From Sphaerochaeta sp. (GTDB lineage: Bacteria > Spirochaetota > Spirochaetia > Sphaerochaetales > Sphaerochaetaceae): a stretch of 64,000 bases of DNA. Under the pieces are notes generated by a model. The model saw only the letters and a program-made list of their open reading frames with translations, was not told the origin of the DNA and did no database searches. Location of the stretch: contig JAGYOG010000009.1 in assembly GCA_018399495.1 (NCBI GenBank), forward strand, positions 3,651 to 67,650, in the 5' to 3' direction. Shown here one piece after another: positions 9,257-20,916 of the stretch. Made by a program: the position numbers and the translations under genes. Each line of letters opens with the position of its first letter. Positions within the stretch are counted from its first letter, which is position 1.

Positions 9257-10102
9257 TCACCCCTTTACAGAGCCTACGGTAACCCCTTTTATAAATTGAC
9301 TACTCATCGCTAAATAGAGAGCAAGTACCGGAATAGCAGAAAGGGTTAGGACTGCCAGTACTTTGGACCAGTCAGTCTGGTACTGCCCAAAGAGACGGGT
9401 AACACCGAGTAATAAGGTCTTGTGCCGTTCATCATTGATGAAAATCAAGGGAAACCATAGGTCGTTCCAGAACGGTATAAGATTATAGATTGCCGTGGTC
9501 GCAAGGGCAGGACGTATCAAGGGAAGGATGACCATGGTATAGATTTTTCCACTTGAAGCACCGTCAATGATTGCTGCTTCATACAAATCTTCTGGAAGTT
9601 CCTTGATGAAGGTGGTAAGGATGAATACCCCAACGGGCAGTCCCATGGCAACATAGATTGGGGGGAGGGCATAAATGGAATTGAGCAAACCAAGGGCTCT
9701 TACGATTTCCAGCAACTTGATTGATGCAATCTTGATGGGAATCATCATTCCTGCAATGAAGAAATAATAGAGAAACGTTGCAATACGACTCTTGTAACGA
9801 GCCAGTGCATAACCTGCAAGACTTGCAAATAGGGTTACCAATACCAGTGAGATGGAAACAACAAGAAAACTATTCTTGAAATAGGTAAAGAAATCACCAT
9901 TGTGAAGCACTGTGGTGTAGTTGGAAAAATTCCAAGTATTGGGTATCCAAAAAGGATTATCATAAATAGTCAGCCGTGTCTTGAATGAATTGATCACCAA
10001 GGTCCAGATAGGGAACAGTACTACAAAAGTCCAGAGTAAGAGCACAATATGAGAGACTATGTGTCTATTTTCTTTTCGTAGGGATACTCTCATGCTAGGC
10101 AC
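9257..10102 (-). CDS. Carbohydrate ABC transporter permease (MalG-like)
   Basis: EAAIIDGAS EAA loop, WNDL. Confidence 0.9.
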   Translation of the reverse strand: MPSMRVSLRKENRHIVSHIVLLLWTFVVLFPIWTLVINSFKTRLTIYDNPFWIPNTWNFSNYTTVLHNGDFFTYFKNSFLVVSISLVLVTLFASLAGYALARYKSRIATFLYYFFIAGMMIPIKIASIKLLEIVRALGLLNSIYALPPIYVAMGLPVGVFILTTFIKELPEDLYEAAIIDGASSGKIYTMVILPLIRPALATTAIYNLIPFWNDLWFPLIFINDERHKTLLLGVTRLFGQYQTDWSKVLAVLTLSAIPVLALYLAMSSQFIKGVTVGSVKG

Positions 10103-11000
10103 CTCTCTGTGTTTTTCTTAGGGTTGGTATGACCAGTGCTATAAGCAACAGGAAGGTAATTGTTGCAATGGCTGCTCCCAGCCCTGCATCAGGTATCCCG
10201 ATTGGATGCTGCCCAGCAATACCATAACGGTAGAAGAGGGTTCCTATGAGGTCGGTGGAATACTCTGGTGCACCGTTCACGTTCTCCATGGCAAAGACAA
10301 TATCAAATGCATTGAAGTTGTTTACGAACGTGAGCACAGCAATGATTCCAACTACCGGTTTGATAAGGGGAAGCTTTATATACCAGAAGGTCTTCACATT
10401 GCCTGCACCTTCAAGACGTGCTGCTTCCAACAGTTCAATATTGATGTTTCTCAGTGCTGCCACAAACATCATGGTAGGAATGCCGAGCCACTGCCAGCAG
10501 GAAACAAGCGAGACAGCCCAGAGGGCAGTATTGGTGTCTCCCAGGTATGGGTGCTTAAGAAATGGCAGTCCGATGGATACGAGAAAATCACCTGCCCACA
10601 CCGGGTTGAGCATCAATTTCCATAGGTATCCTGTAATCAAAACGGCGAAGGTAGTAGGAATAAATATGATGGTCTGGTATATATGTCTTCCTTTCATGGT
10701 CTCATGGGTAAGGAGGACAGCAAAGAAAATACCCAGACCGTTTTGTACAACGAGATGGACAAGGAAGAATTTCCATGTATTGAAAAAAGCTCCCCAATAT
10801 CGTGTGGAGATTTCTGGATCAGAAAAAAGTCGTTTGAAGTTTTCAAGACCTACAAAGATACGTGTGGCTTGATTGTTTCCACTGAAAAGGCTCAAGCGTA
10901 AAGAGTCGATGAGAGGAAAAGCCATAAAAACGGTATACACAAGCAACGCTGGAGCCAAATAGAGCAACCAGGGAAGGTGACGGGCGTGGTTTGGACGCAT
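10095..11000 (-). CDS. Carbohydrate ABC transporter permease (MalF-like)
   Basis: FVGLENF, EAARLEGA. Confidence 0.9.
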   Translation of the reverse strand: MRPNHARHLPWLLYLAPALLVYTVFMAFPLIDSLRLSLFSGNNQATRIFVGLENFKRLFSDPEISTRYWGAFFNTWKFFLVHLVVQNGLGIFFAVLLTHETMKGRHIYQTIIFIPTTFAVLITGYLWKLMLNPVWAGDFLVSIGLPFLKHPYLGDTNTALWAVSLVSCWQWLGIPTMMFVAALRNINIELLEAARLEGAGNVKTFWYIKLPLIKPVVGIIAVLTFVNNFNAFDIVFAMENVNGAPEYSTDLIGTLFYRYGIAGQHPIGIPDAGLGAAIATITFLLLIALVIPTLRKTQRGA

Positions 11001-11014
11001 ACACTACCTCAGGA

Positions 11015-11040
11015 ACTTCCCGGGAGTGTACCCGGGAAGT
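11015..11040. terminator. Intergenic GC-rich hairpin after substrate-binding gene (mRNA stabiliser/attenuator)
   Basis: ACTTCCCGGG-AGTGTA-CCCGGGAAGT perfect 10-bp stem, no U tract. Confidence 0.6.
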
Positions 11041-11060
11041 AAGATTAAGCAACGATTCAG

Positions 11061-12293
11061 TTACATCAATGCCTGTACGGAGTCTGCTGCCTGCTTGGCA
11101 GTAATATCTCCCTTCATCACCTTGATGACAGCTTGGTTCATCGGTGCATACAGGTTCATCAGCTTTGGCCAAACAAAACGTGCATCGGTTTTCTTGCCTG
11201 CATTGAGCGAGAGGAACTCATTTGCATGGGGATCCTCAAGCTTGATGGGGAAGTTGATCATCGGGAAGTACCCACTAGGCAGGTTTTGACTTGCTGTTGT
11301 TGCTCCTTCCTCAGTACAGAGCCATGCAAGGAAGGCCTTCGCCTCTTCAGGATACTTTGTAGCTTTATTCATCGTGATAGCCATATCGGGATGGAAACAA
11401 ATTGCTGTGCTTTTTCCCTTAGGTGCAGGGATAGCAAACAAGCCCCAGTCAAAGGATGCATCTTTATACACACCTGCTGTCCAGCTACCGTCAACGAACA
11501 TGACAGCTTTCTGGCTATTGAACAGAACCTGGCTGTCATTGTAGGTTACTGACTCGAATCCATCTGGACAGTAGCGCGCTACATCAGCCATTGCTTGGTA
11601 GGCTTCGACAAAGTTCTTGTCATTGAGTGGAAGCTCTCCATTCTCATATTGTACCCGCATGTCAGCTCCCCCAATGTAATTGGGGAGTAGGCCAAAGAAG
11701 AAAGTCTCAAGGATATCCCATTCATCAGCCAACCCATTTGCAATAGGTGTATATCCTTTTTTCTCCAGGGTACTGCAAAGTAAAAGGAACGCTTCCCAAT
11801 TATGGGGAATGGAAAGATCTTCCTTTTTGAAAATATCCTTGTTGTAATATACTGCATGGCTTACCGCAGCAAAGGGGACAGCAAACATTGTACCGTCACT
11901 CATTTGCCAAGGGGCCAAATTGCTTGGGGAAAAATTTTCCTTCAAGCCTGGGATATCTGTGCAATCGGCAAAATAACCAGCGTTGTACAACTCCTGTCCT
12001 GCGGCATAGGAACGAGCGTACATCAAATCTGGACCTGTCCCGCTATCCAACTGCAGACGCAGTGTTGCATTATAGTCAGGAGGGTTGGTTGGTTGGAACT
12101 TGATTGTTACCTCGGGGGCAAGCTTTTTGTAGGCTTCAAGCAAACGGTTCATTTGTTCGACATCGTCAGTTCTCCAGGATCCCATAGTGATTACTACTTC
12201 ATCAGAAGCATCAGCTTTTGCGCCTTGGGCGGAAATAGGTAGCAGTACACAAAGAAGTAACAGCATAGTGAGAAGAACGTGTAATCGTTTCAT
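11061..12293 (-). CDS. Carbohydrate ABC transporter substrate-binding protein
   Basis: Signal peptide ...ISAQGAK, GTGPDL, YYNKDIF; ATG 12293 with AGGAG. Confidence 0.9.
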   Translation of the reverse strand: MKRLHVLLTMLLLLCVLLPISAQGAKADASDEVVITMGSWRTDDVEQMNRLLEAYKKLAPEVTIKFQPTNPPDYNATLRLQLDSGTGPDLMYARSYAAGQELYNAGYFADCTDIPGLKENFSPSNLAPWQMSDGTMFAVPFAAVSHAVYYNKDIFKKEDLSIPHNWEAFLLLCSTLEKKGYTPIANGLADEWDILETFFFGLLPNYIGGADMRVQYENGELPLNDKNFVEAYQAMADVARYCPDGFESVTYNDSQVLFNSQKAVMFVDGSWTAGVYKDASFDWGLFAIPAPKGKSTAICFHPDMAITMNKATKYPEEAKAFLAWLCTEEGATTASQNLPSGYFPMINFPIKLEDPHANEFLSLNAGKKTDARFVWPKLMNLYAPMNQAVIKVMKGDITAKQAADSVQALM

Positions 12294-12437
12294 AACAATA
12301 CTCCTTCTTGGTGATGATTTATTATAGTATAGCATTACTATTTCAGTTTGATGCAAATTTTATTTGCTTCTACAAGGGTAGGAAAAAACATAGGTAATGT
12401 GGTAGCATGCGACTAATCTTCTGTTGTGAGGTGTATC

Positions 12438-13067
12438 ATGAATTTAGTTTTTCTCGGCCCTCCGGGTGCAGGCAAGGGGACCATAGCGTCCGAAGCAAAA
12501 AATTATTTTGGAATTCCCCATATCTCGACCGGCGATCTATTTCGTAGTCATATCAAAGGGCATACTGACCTTGGAAAGCAAGTAAAAGTCATTTTAGCTG
12601 CCGGTGATTTGGTTCCCGACTCAATCACCATTGAAATGGTCAAGCAACGGTTCCTTGAATCAGATGCACAGAATGGATTCATCCTTGATGGATTCCCACG
12701 CACCATCGCCCAGGCTGATGCACTCTCTGAAATGAAAGCACTTGATGCGGTTGTGAATTTTGTACTTGACCGTGACCAGATAGTCAAACGTCTGAGTGGC
12801 AGAAGAGTATGTAAATCAACTGGAAAGACGTATCATATTCACTACAACCCACCAAAGGTGGAGGGAATCGATGATGAAACTGGAGAGCCCCTCATTCAAC
12901 GGGAGGATGACAAACCAGAGGCTATTCTAAATCGTTTGAGTGTCTATGAGGAGCAGACCGAACCCTTGATTGCTTACTATCGTGAGAAAGGTCTGTTGGT
13001 TGATATTGATGCCTCTCCGGCTCCTGAGAAAGTTTTTGCAGCTTTGATCAAGACTGTTCAGAAGTAA
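12438..13067 (+). CDS. adk: Adenylate kinase
   Basis: GPPGAGKGT, HISTGDLFR, LDGFPRT, QREDD. Confidence 0.95.
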   Translation: MNLVFLGPPGAGKGTIASEAKNYFGIPHISTGDLFRSHIKGHTDLGKQVKVILAAGDLVPDSITIEMVKQRFLESDAQNGFILDGFPRTIAQADALSEMKALDAVVNFVLDRDQIVKRLSGRRVCKSTGKTYHIHYNPPKVEGIDDETGEPLIQREDDKPEAILNRLSVYEEQTEPLIAYYREKGLLVDIDASPAPEKVFAALIKTVQK

Positions 13068-14109
13068 GATCCTTAACCGAACCACGTATAATCAACGTAT
13101 AAGGAATTTCTATATGGACGCTTTGTAATGTCTCCTTGTTTATCATCTTAAACAAGGCTTCAGCAGCAAGGCGGCCTTTTTCTTGTGCTGGCTGCTCCAC
13201 CGTAGTTAGGTGTGGCATGATGCAGGAAGCTTCATCAATATTGTCAAATCCTGCAATGGAGATATCATCGGGTATAGACAATCCTGCTTCATTCCAACTG
13301 ACAATACAACCGATTGCGACAATATCACTCATCGAAACAACACACGTGGGAAATTCTTTGAATCCAAGGATTTCCTTGCCTTTCTGTTTTCCATCTGCCA
13401 AAGTTGGTTCACTAACCAACACGGGTACATCTTCCAAGCGTATGCCTACCTCAGAAAGGGCATTCCTGAATCCCTCCATCCTTCGTTGTGGAAGACTCTT
13501 TTTTGTTGCCTTCTCTGCGAATATATCTTGTCCAAGTGAGATGATGCAGAGTTTTCGGTGCCCGGAATCCAAAACAGTTTTCATCAATTCATAGGAAGCT
13601 CTCTCATCATTGATGTTGACACTGGGCATTTCCTCATCGGGAGTTCCATCAAGCGTGACATAAGGAAGCAAGCGAGTTTTCATGACGGAAACTATTTCCA
13701 TTCCTACCTGCATACCCATGGTGATCAACCCATCGACAGCTGCATTACGTACCGCCTCATTTACGCTCTCATTCAGTGGGGGAATCAGCGTAAGGGTATA
13801 CCCGTACTTCTCGCACACACTTCCTATTCCTAAAAGCACCTGTTGTGCATACGGGTTCTGCAGTGAATAGCAGATTTCCTGTGGAAGTAGAAAGCCTATC
13901 GATAGGTGTCGACGGAGCGAGAAATTACGAGCCATCGGGTCGGGGATATATCTAAGTCGTTCTGCAGTCTCAAGAATTTGTTTACATGCCTTCTCGCTGA
14001 TCCTAGACGGATCATTGAAAGCGAAGGAGACTGCTGTCTTGGAATATCCGCTCTCTCGTGCGATGTCCTTTATCGTAGGTCGTTTCATTTTCGCCGTTTG
14101 CTCTGCCAT
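13048..14109 (-). CDS. LacI family transcriptional regulator
   Basis: PTIKDIARESGYSKTAVS HTH; IPDDISIAGFD, LTTVEQP. Confidence 0.93.
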   Translation of the reverse strand: MAEQTAKMKRPTIKDIARESGYSKTAVSFAFNDPSRISEKACKQILETAERLRYIPDPMARNFSLRRHLSIGFLLPQEICYSLQNPYAQQVLLGIGSVCEKYGYTLTLIPPLNESVNEAVRNAAVDGLITMGMQVGMEIVSVMKTRLLPYVTLDGTPDEEMPSVNINDERASYELMKTVLDSGHRKLCIISLGQDIFAEKATKKSLPQRRMEGFRNALSEVGIRLEDVPVLVSEPTLADGKQKGKEILGFKEFPTCVVSMSDIVAIGCIVSWNEAGLSIPDDISIAGFDNIDEASCIMPHLTTVEQPAQEKGRLAAEALFKMINKETLQSVHIEIPYTLIIRGSVKDLTSEQS

Positions 14110-14204
14110 GGTGCAATCCTTAACTTCGGCCGGTATCCTAACACAATCATTTATTGAAGGGGAACGGTGCAGGTTGCACAGCCTCAAAACTTAGTATACA
14201 GTTA

Positions 14205-14222
14205 TACTAAACCGGTTTTGTA
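14205..14222. promoter_or_regulatory. Putative LacI-family operator
   Basis: TACTAAACCGGTTTTGTA, 16 of 18 positions symmetric, central CG, between divergent LacI and GH13 genes. Confidence 0.7.
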
Positions 14223-14253
14223 GCACAGTCAACAAACAATATGAGGAAGTAGT

Positions 14254-16116
14254 ATGTCTAGTACACCATGGATGAATTCAATCGATAGCAATGTCTCAGC
14301 CCTCTATGTCCAACCGCTCTATCCTAAACAAGGAGAAATGGTTGAAGTTTCCATTCAAGTAGATGCAGGCAATACGATTAAACAAGTCAGGTTGGTAAGT
14401 TTTCAACTGGGACGAGAGATGCAGATTCCTCTGGAAAAAGTGCAGGAAGGATCTCACACATTCTATAACGGAAACTTTAAAATGGTGGATACATCTGCCT
14501 ACTGGTATTTTTTCCTGGTTACAGATGAAAGAGCTTATTCTTATAGCAAGGCTGGAGTGAAAGCTTCAGTTCCTCCTCTCTCTGAATGTTTCCATTTGGT
14601 TAGCGACTTGGTACCTGTAGGGTGGGTCAGCAGCGCTGTCTGTTATCAGGTGTTTCCCGACCGTTTCCGTAAGGGAGATGACAAGGTGGGAGCAACAGAA
14701 GGGCAATACCGCTTTGATGGGGGAACGGTCTCAGTGCATGGATTTGATGAAACCCCTCTTGAGTTCGAGGAAGGAAGATGTATTGATTTCTTCAATGGTG
14801 ATCTTAAGGGAATAGAGGAGGCCATCGACCATTTCAAGAACCTGGGTGTAACAGTACTCTATCTCAATCCTATTGGGATGAGCAGGACAACCCATCGCTA
14901 TGACTGTACTGATTTTTTCCACATAGATGAGAAACTCGGTGGAGATGCTGCCTTTTCCCATCTCTGTGAAGCGTTGCATAAGGAAGGGATTCGTGTAGTT
15001 GTGGATATCTCGATCAATCACACAGGGACTAAGCATCCCTGGTATAAAAAGGCCCTTGCAGATCCCTCAAGCAAGGAAGCCTCTTATTATTACTTTAACG
15101 AAGATGGCTCTGTAGCATTCTGGCAAGGAGTGGAAACATTACCGCAGCTGAATTACAACAGCCAGGAACTCCGTGACCTGATCTACCGTAGCCCTGATTC
15201 CGTTATGCGTTCATTTCTCAGGCAACCGTTTCTTCAAGACGGCTGGAGACTCGATGTTGCGAGCGAGGTAGGAAGAAGGGGAGAAGACCAGATGTGTGAG
15301 GAGATCTGGAGAGAAGTGCGTCAGGCAGTGAAGAGTGAGAATAATCAAACCTACTTGGTAGGAGAGGACTGGGTAGATTCCACACCATTCCTGCAAGGTG
15401 ATATGTGGGATGCAACCATGAACTATCTTGGCAGCAGTCGTCCAATGAGAAGCTGGATGGGTGAGAAAGACCGATACATGACTGATGGATGGGACCAGAA
15501 TCCTGGAACTACACGAGCCTTTACCGGAATTGAATTTGCTGAAGCATTGGAAAGCCATCTGAACTCAATGCCACAGCAAATGCTGGGCATGCAGATGAAT
15601 CTGATCAACAGTCACGACACACCGCGTCTCTATGCGCATCAGGAGATCTTTGATTTCTCACTCTATGCAGGAGTCATGAAGTTATTGTATGTGCTTCCCG
15701 GTATGCCAAACATCTATTACGGAGAGGAAATTGCGCTTCCCGGCCCGTACGGTTCGGTTGAATCTGCACGCTATCCAATGCAGTGGGACCAAGAGAAATG
15801 GAACCAGGATTTCTTCGCACTCTACACGCGTCTTGGACAGTTCCGCTCAGCTCATGCTGAGACCCTTGCACAGGGAGCTTGGAAGATTCTGTATGGTGAT
15901 GAATACTCCCTTTGTTTTGTACGATATACAAACCATGAGGCAATTTTATGTATCTTGGGAAAACATGAACAGCCAGAGACCATCACGTTTGAAAACACAA
16001 TATTGCAGATAACCCACTTCGAAGGTTGTGATGCTGAGAGGGCTGTTGTTCATCCTGATTCCATCGAGGTTACACTGAAAGAAAAAGATTCGTTACTCTT
16101 GGTAGGCAAGCGGTAA
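14254..16116 (+). CDS. GH13 glycosidase (maltodextrin glucosidase/neopullulanase-like)
   Basis: YQVFPDRF, GDLKGI, DGWRLDVA, LVGE, SHDTPR, IYYGEE. Confidence 0.9.
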   Translation: MSSTPWMNSIDSNVSALYVQPLYPKQGEMVEVSIQVDAGNTIKQVRLVSFQLGREMQIPLEKVQEGSHTFYNGNFKMVDTSAYWYFFLVTDERAYSYSKAGVKASVPPLSECFHLVSDLVPVGWVSSAVCYQVFPDRFRKGDDKVGATEGQYRFDGGTVSVHGFDETPLEFEEGRCIDFFNGDLKGIEEAIDHFKNLGVTVLYLNPIGMSRTTHRYDCTDFFHIDEKLGGDAAFSHLCEALHKEGIRVVVDISINHTGTKHPWYKKALADPSSKEASYYYFNEDGSVAFWQGVETLPQLNYNSQELRDLIYRSPDSVMRSFLRQPFLQDGWRLDVASEVGRRGEDQMCEEIWREVRQAVKSENNQTYLVGEDWVDSTPFLQGDMWDATMNYLGSSRPMRSWMGEKDRYMTDGWDQNPGTTRAFTGIEFAEALESHLNSMPQQMLGMQMNLINSHDTPRLYAHQEIFDFSLYAGVMKLLYVLPGMPNIYYGEEIALPGPYGSVESARYPMQWDQEKWNQDFFALYTRLGQFRSAHAETLAQGAWKILYGDEYSLCFVRYTNHEAILCILGKHEQPETITFENTILQITHFEGCDAERAVVHPDSIEVTLKEKDSLLLVGKR

Positions 16117-16227
16117 GCTGTATATAGACAGTATGCAACAAATAGGCGTATATTTGTTGCAATATGCTTGCAATGTTTCCGTTATGTGTGCACAATATGG
16201 TGCCAAAACCCTCTAAGGAGTTGCGTT

Positions 16228-17732
16228 ATGGCCTACCTCTATGAAGAACCTTCCCGAACGTTCAGTGAATACCTGCTAATACCTGGGTATTCTAGTACCG
16301 AATGCATGCCAGCTAATGTGTCGCTGAAGACACCACTGGTTAAATTCAAGAAGGGAGATCAGCCCTCCATCACCCTTAATATTCCCATGAGCAGTGCCAT
16401 CATGCAATCTGTAAGTGGTGAGGCAATGGCCAAGGCTCTCTCTAGGGAGGGGGGGGTAAGTTTCATCTACGGTTCACAACCAATAGAATCGCAGTGCATG
16501 ATGGTTTCCCGGGTCAAGGCATTCAAGGCAGGTTTTGTTCCCAGTGACTCTAATCTCCGCTCAGAGAATACACTTTCCGATTTGATAGTCTTGAAAGAGA
16601 AGAAAAGTCATTCCACCATTGCAGTAACAGAAGATGGTACCAGTTCAGGAAGACTGCTGGGTGTGGTTTCTTCCCGTGACTGGAGACCAAGCAGGACATC
16701 TCTCGATACACCAATCCACCAGATCATGACACCGTTTGCAAACCTGGTATATGCACGTGAGGGGATAACACTCAGTGAGGCAAATGATATCATCTGGGAG
16801 CATAAACTCAACAGTCTACCTATCGTTGATGAGAAGAACCGTCTCAAGTATTTTGTTTTCAGGAAGGATTATGACTGCCATAAGGATAACCCTGATGAAT
16901 TGCTTGATGAGAAAAAGCGGTAATGCGTCGGGCAGGAATCAATACCCGTGATTATAGAGAACGTGTTCCCGCCTTGGTTGAAATGGTGCAGATGTACTCT
17001 GCATTGACTCTCCGAGGGATATAGCGAATGGCAGCGCCTGACTCTTTCCTCTTGGATCAAGGATCAGTATGGGGAACAAGTGAAAGTTGGTGCAGGCAAC
17101 GTAGTGGACAGGGAAGGTTCCTGTTTCCTTGCAGAAAGTGGTGCAGACTTTGGCAGCGCAGGCACTGGAGGTGATCCATCTGCATAACCCGTGAAACAAA
17201 AGGCATCGGGAGTAGAGTACGTTTACAGCACTGCTTGGAGGCTGCCAAAGCTCGGGATGAATACTTCAAGGAACAGGGTATTTACATACCTTATCTGTTC
17301 TGATGGTGGAAATCGTGCTTGGACTACCATATGACCCTTGCTGGGCCATGGGAGCGGACTTCTTGATGTTGGGTCGCTATTTTGCACGGTCTGATGAAGC
17401 CTGACAGGAAAGTGAATGTAAAAGGATCCTACATGAAAGTATATTGGGAGAAGGATCCTCCCCCAAGCCCGAAACTGGCAGCGCCATGACCTTGGTGGGG
17501 ATGGAAAGTTGAGCTTGTGGAAGGAGTCGATTCCTACGTCCCTATGCAGGACCCTTGGAAAGACAATCTCCAATTGGAGTTTCTGAGTAAGATCAAATCA
17601 ACCATGTGCAACTGTGGTGCGCTCAGCATTTCGAAGACAGGAGAAGGCCAAGCTGACAGTGGTTAGTTCTACTTCAATCGTTGAAGGGGAGCCCATGATG
17701 TTATGCTCAAAATTCCCAAGATTCACTACTGA
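16228..17732 (+). CDS. guaB: IMP dehydrogenase, frameshifted after about 16920 (probable sequencing errors)
   Basis: [31 protein letters not shown] domains; downstream fragments [34 protein letters not shown] in shifting frames; end approximate. Confidence 0.85.
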
Positions 17733-17810
17733 AAAATAGTGGGCTAAAACCATACTTCTTACATAAATTGTGCTATACTAGGCTAATTTTTTGGTGTATT
17801 ATAAAGAAGT

Positions 17811-19452
17811 ATGAAAGAGGTTGTGCAAAGTGTTCCAGAAAAAAAAAGAACGAATGCTTTCAATCAACAACCTTCCTGGTGGAGTGGGGGTGTACGGTTT
17901 CGAGATGAGATTCATGCTACCTATCTGGAGCAAAAGTGACGGCTAAACCTGCTGCTTATACTTCCCAAGGAATCTCACAGTTACAATGAACTGAATTTAT
18001 TGGGATTCGCGCCACACGAACGAGAGCGAAGACGCATCAATGCTGTTTTTCAAAGACTACGCGAAAATCACGTGAATTGGATGTCTCTTTTCGATTGCAA
18101 AGGAAGGGAGATCGTTTCAATGTTCTGGGGCGGTACAGCCATCATCACGACAATTTCCGGGTTTACTACCTTGTTGCCAGTGATATCTCTGAAGCACACC
18201 AGAATGTCTTGCATTTGCAAAGACAGAATACCAGGTTACAATTCTTTCGCCTTCTCACTCTCTATTCTGGAAATGTGAAATTATCTTGGATGCAGATTCT
18301 CTAGTCCCCAATTTCTTCCAGAACGATTCTGGGAGGACATCTTCCCTGGAAACAGCATCCTGCTGCTTTCTGCTTGATGAGAATATATATTCATCCAGAT
18401 TTCAACACTCCAGCTGGAACCATGATTTTTCCTAAATAGAAGTATAAAGGAACTGATTCAATTTCTAAAAGTGTACTACAGAAGGTTCCTACCGTTGGTT
18501 GAGACTGAGTTATGCTTTTCTCTCTGATGAAGAGCAGGAGCATGGCAGGCTATCGGCATTTTTCAGGATGTGCATGATGAGATTGCGATGCGTCTGCAGG
18601 CTGTAGGTCAGACAAGGCTTTTCGGGGATTCAATTTGGATACTGGAGCCCCTGTGCTTATGGACAATCAAGTATAAAGATGACACAGGCTGCCATGATTT
18701 CTATGCTATGTATGATCGTCCTGGAAAAGAAGACAGAGCCAATATCGCCATGCCTTTCATGAAATTGATACCAGTGAGAAACTTAAACAATTTGTGCAGT
18801 GAAGGAAGAAGGAACTGGACCAATATTGAGGCGAAAAAATGATACATCCATTCCATACAGAGTGATGTTTATCATGGGTTAGGTTCCATTTCAAAGTATC
18901 TCAGGGTTGCCAACAATACCAGGACTGACATAATGCTACCAGGACATTGAAGAAAGCAAAAGAGGTGGAGCAGGCACTGGAAAAAAAGAGCACATAGTGA
19001 CAGCCTACTGGTGTATACAACCGCTTCTCTTTTGAAGAACTCGTCACACGATATTTAAGAAATGGAGGAAATAGTGCGTTTTTCCCGGACGGATATCGTG
19101 ATCGATTCAAATTGATAAATGATACCTATGGTCAGCGATCTCGGGACCAAGCCCTCAAGAGGCTTGCATTCTTGATGAGAAAGACCTTTCCCCCGGGACG
19201 ATCATCGGTCGCCTCGGTGGTGATAGAATTTTCATTGCCTTCATGCCAAAATGCCACTGTAGCAGCGAAAAAGCGGGGACAGCTTTGTCGGGTCATCGCA
19301 CAGGATCGTACCCCCGGCATTCTCTTTGTACTGTTCCCTTGGTTTCTGCATCAGCCCCGAGGAGGGGGATACCTTTACCAATTCCTTACCAACATGCCGA
19401 TCTTGCTCTTATCACCAAAGAACCATGGACGAAATCAGTGCATACATTATGT
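17811..19452 (+). pseudogene. 5' part of a PAS/GGDEF(-EAL) c-di-GMP signalling gene, interrupted by IS and frameshifted
   Basis: Fragments INNLPGGVGVY, TGVYNRFSFEE, RFKLINDTYG, RLGGD(E)F at about 19210-19232, GRNQ; start approximate. Confidence 0.7.
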
Positions 19453-19469
19453 ACTCATTTTTCGCAGCG

Positions 19470-20810
19470 TCGATCACAGCAAATTCCAACCTCTTAGCGA
19501 GTAGAGGTGGGATAGATGGACATGGAAAATTTCAAACTCAGTTTTTGATGCTGCTCATCAGGCAATGAAAGAGCATCTGAGACGGCTCTAGAAGTGCCGA
19601 TAAAATCAGTATGAGAGACTCTCGGCAGGTGATATCTTGAGCTCGTCGAAGGTGTCAGAATAGGTCTCCCAAGGACCTTGAATCCTCCTGAAAACGTTGC
19701 AACTCTGCTAACATGATATACCTGGCAGGTGATGTCGTATGAGCAGTGATCATCACATCATAACTTCAGAAGAACAGCCTTTAACAATCCTCAAATAGAC
19801 TTAGTAACCTTGAAAAAAAAACCTCATTGGCCCATCTTTTGCCATACAATCTGACAATCTCTATCTTCATCTATAGACATGTCAGTAGAGATGATATCAT
19901 GTACCTTACGGTTACTGTTGCGACGAACACCAATCGGCAGAAACTGTTATCCTCTTATTGAACACCTTCTTACCGGGATACAGAGAGTAGATACTGAGAT
20001 CTCCTCTGCGCTTTGCAGTGATAGATATCCTTGACTGACTGTTTCTACATCGAACAGTAGTGAATGTTTTTCGATTGACCATAGCCACCGTGTAGTATCC
20101 CAGCCAGCGATTTTGAGGATCAGAGCGGGAATGAGAACCAAGAATCAAACAGAACTGTAGAGGCTTTAATCCCGCAGCTTTAGCCTGTTTCAGCAACGCC
20201 AGAAGTCGCCCTGGAGCCGTTTGCTGGGCATATTCACGGCGCTTGATTGCAGCAGCATGTGTGAGGATTTTGTTGCACTAATCGTTTCGTAGAGTCTTTC
20301 TGAGCCTCATAAGACAGAAGCCGACAGGGATGAAAGAATTGCCGTCACTCCAACTTAGCGTTAGCAGTCGGTAGCCATACTCCATACACATGTCGAGCAT
20401 GATCATAGACCTGGATAGGAGTTCGCTTTCCCCGTGACCTGCTGCATCTGGCAGAAGCGTCATCAACGATGAATACTGCCCGTCTATCATCACCGGTCAG
20501 TTCGTCGAGAGAAGAGATGATCCGCTTCGAAAGAGCGACAAGAAACTTCATCCAGTCAATCGATTGGGATTGTAAGAACCGATAGACGGTATCCTTTGAC
20601 CCAGTGCTTCACACCCTGATCAAGACTTCTGCCCAATGATTTTCCTGAGAATAAAGACAGAAAATGACCCGTATAGTAGCAGCTATCGGGACCCCTTTCT
20701 GCTTAATAGCCCGTCTCTTTTAGCAAGTGGGTGAACTCATGGTTTTTCAGAATGTACTGATTATTTCGTTTGCTGTTATCGCCATCATGAGCGTTTTCTG
20801 ATAGACTGGT
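19470..20810 (-). pseudogene. DDE transposase of the outer IS, frameshifted
   Basis: Fragments KDTVYRFL, VFIVDD, YDHARH, GYRLLTLSWSDGNSFIPVGF, EVFFK-like; boundaries approximate. Confidence 0.75.
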
Positions 20811-20916
20811 ATATAACAGACCTCTTTCTTTGGTGTTTTATTTTTTTGTTCAACTATACTATACCATATATAGAGGTCTATTGCTATATATGGTAACGAA
20901 TTATAAGTATTTTTTA

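Noticed and set aside
9257-12400. Sugar ABC operon as part of the LacI/GH13 regulon
   Set aside because: No copy of the AAACCGGTTT operator seen upstream of 12293, and adk intervenes; linkage unsupported
16228-17732. guaB as a genuine pseudogene or programmed frameshift
   Set aside because: Many scattered indels shared with all neighbouring genes point to consensus error; no single slippery site
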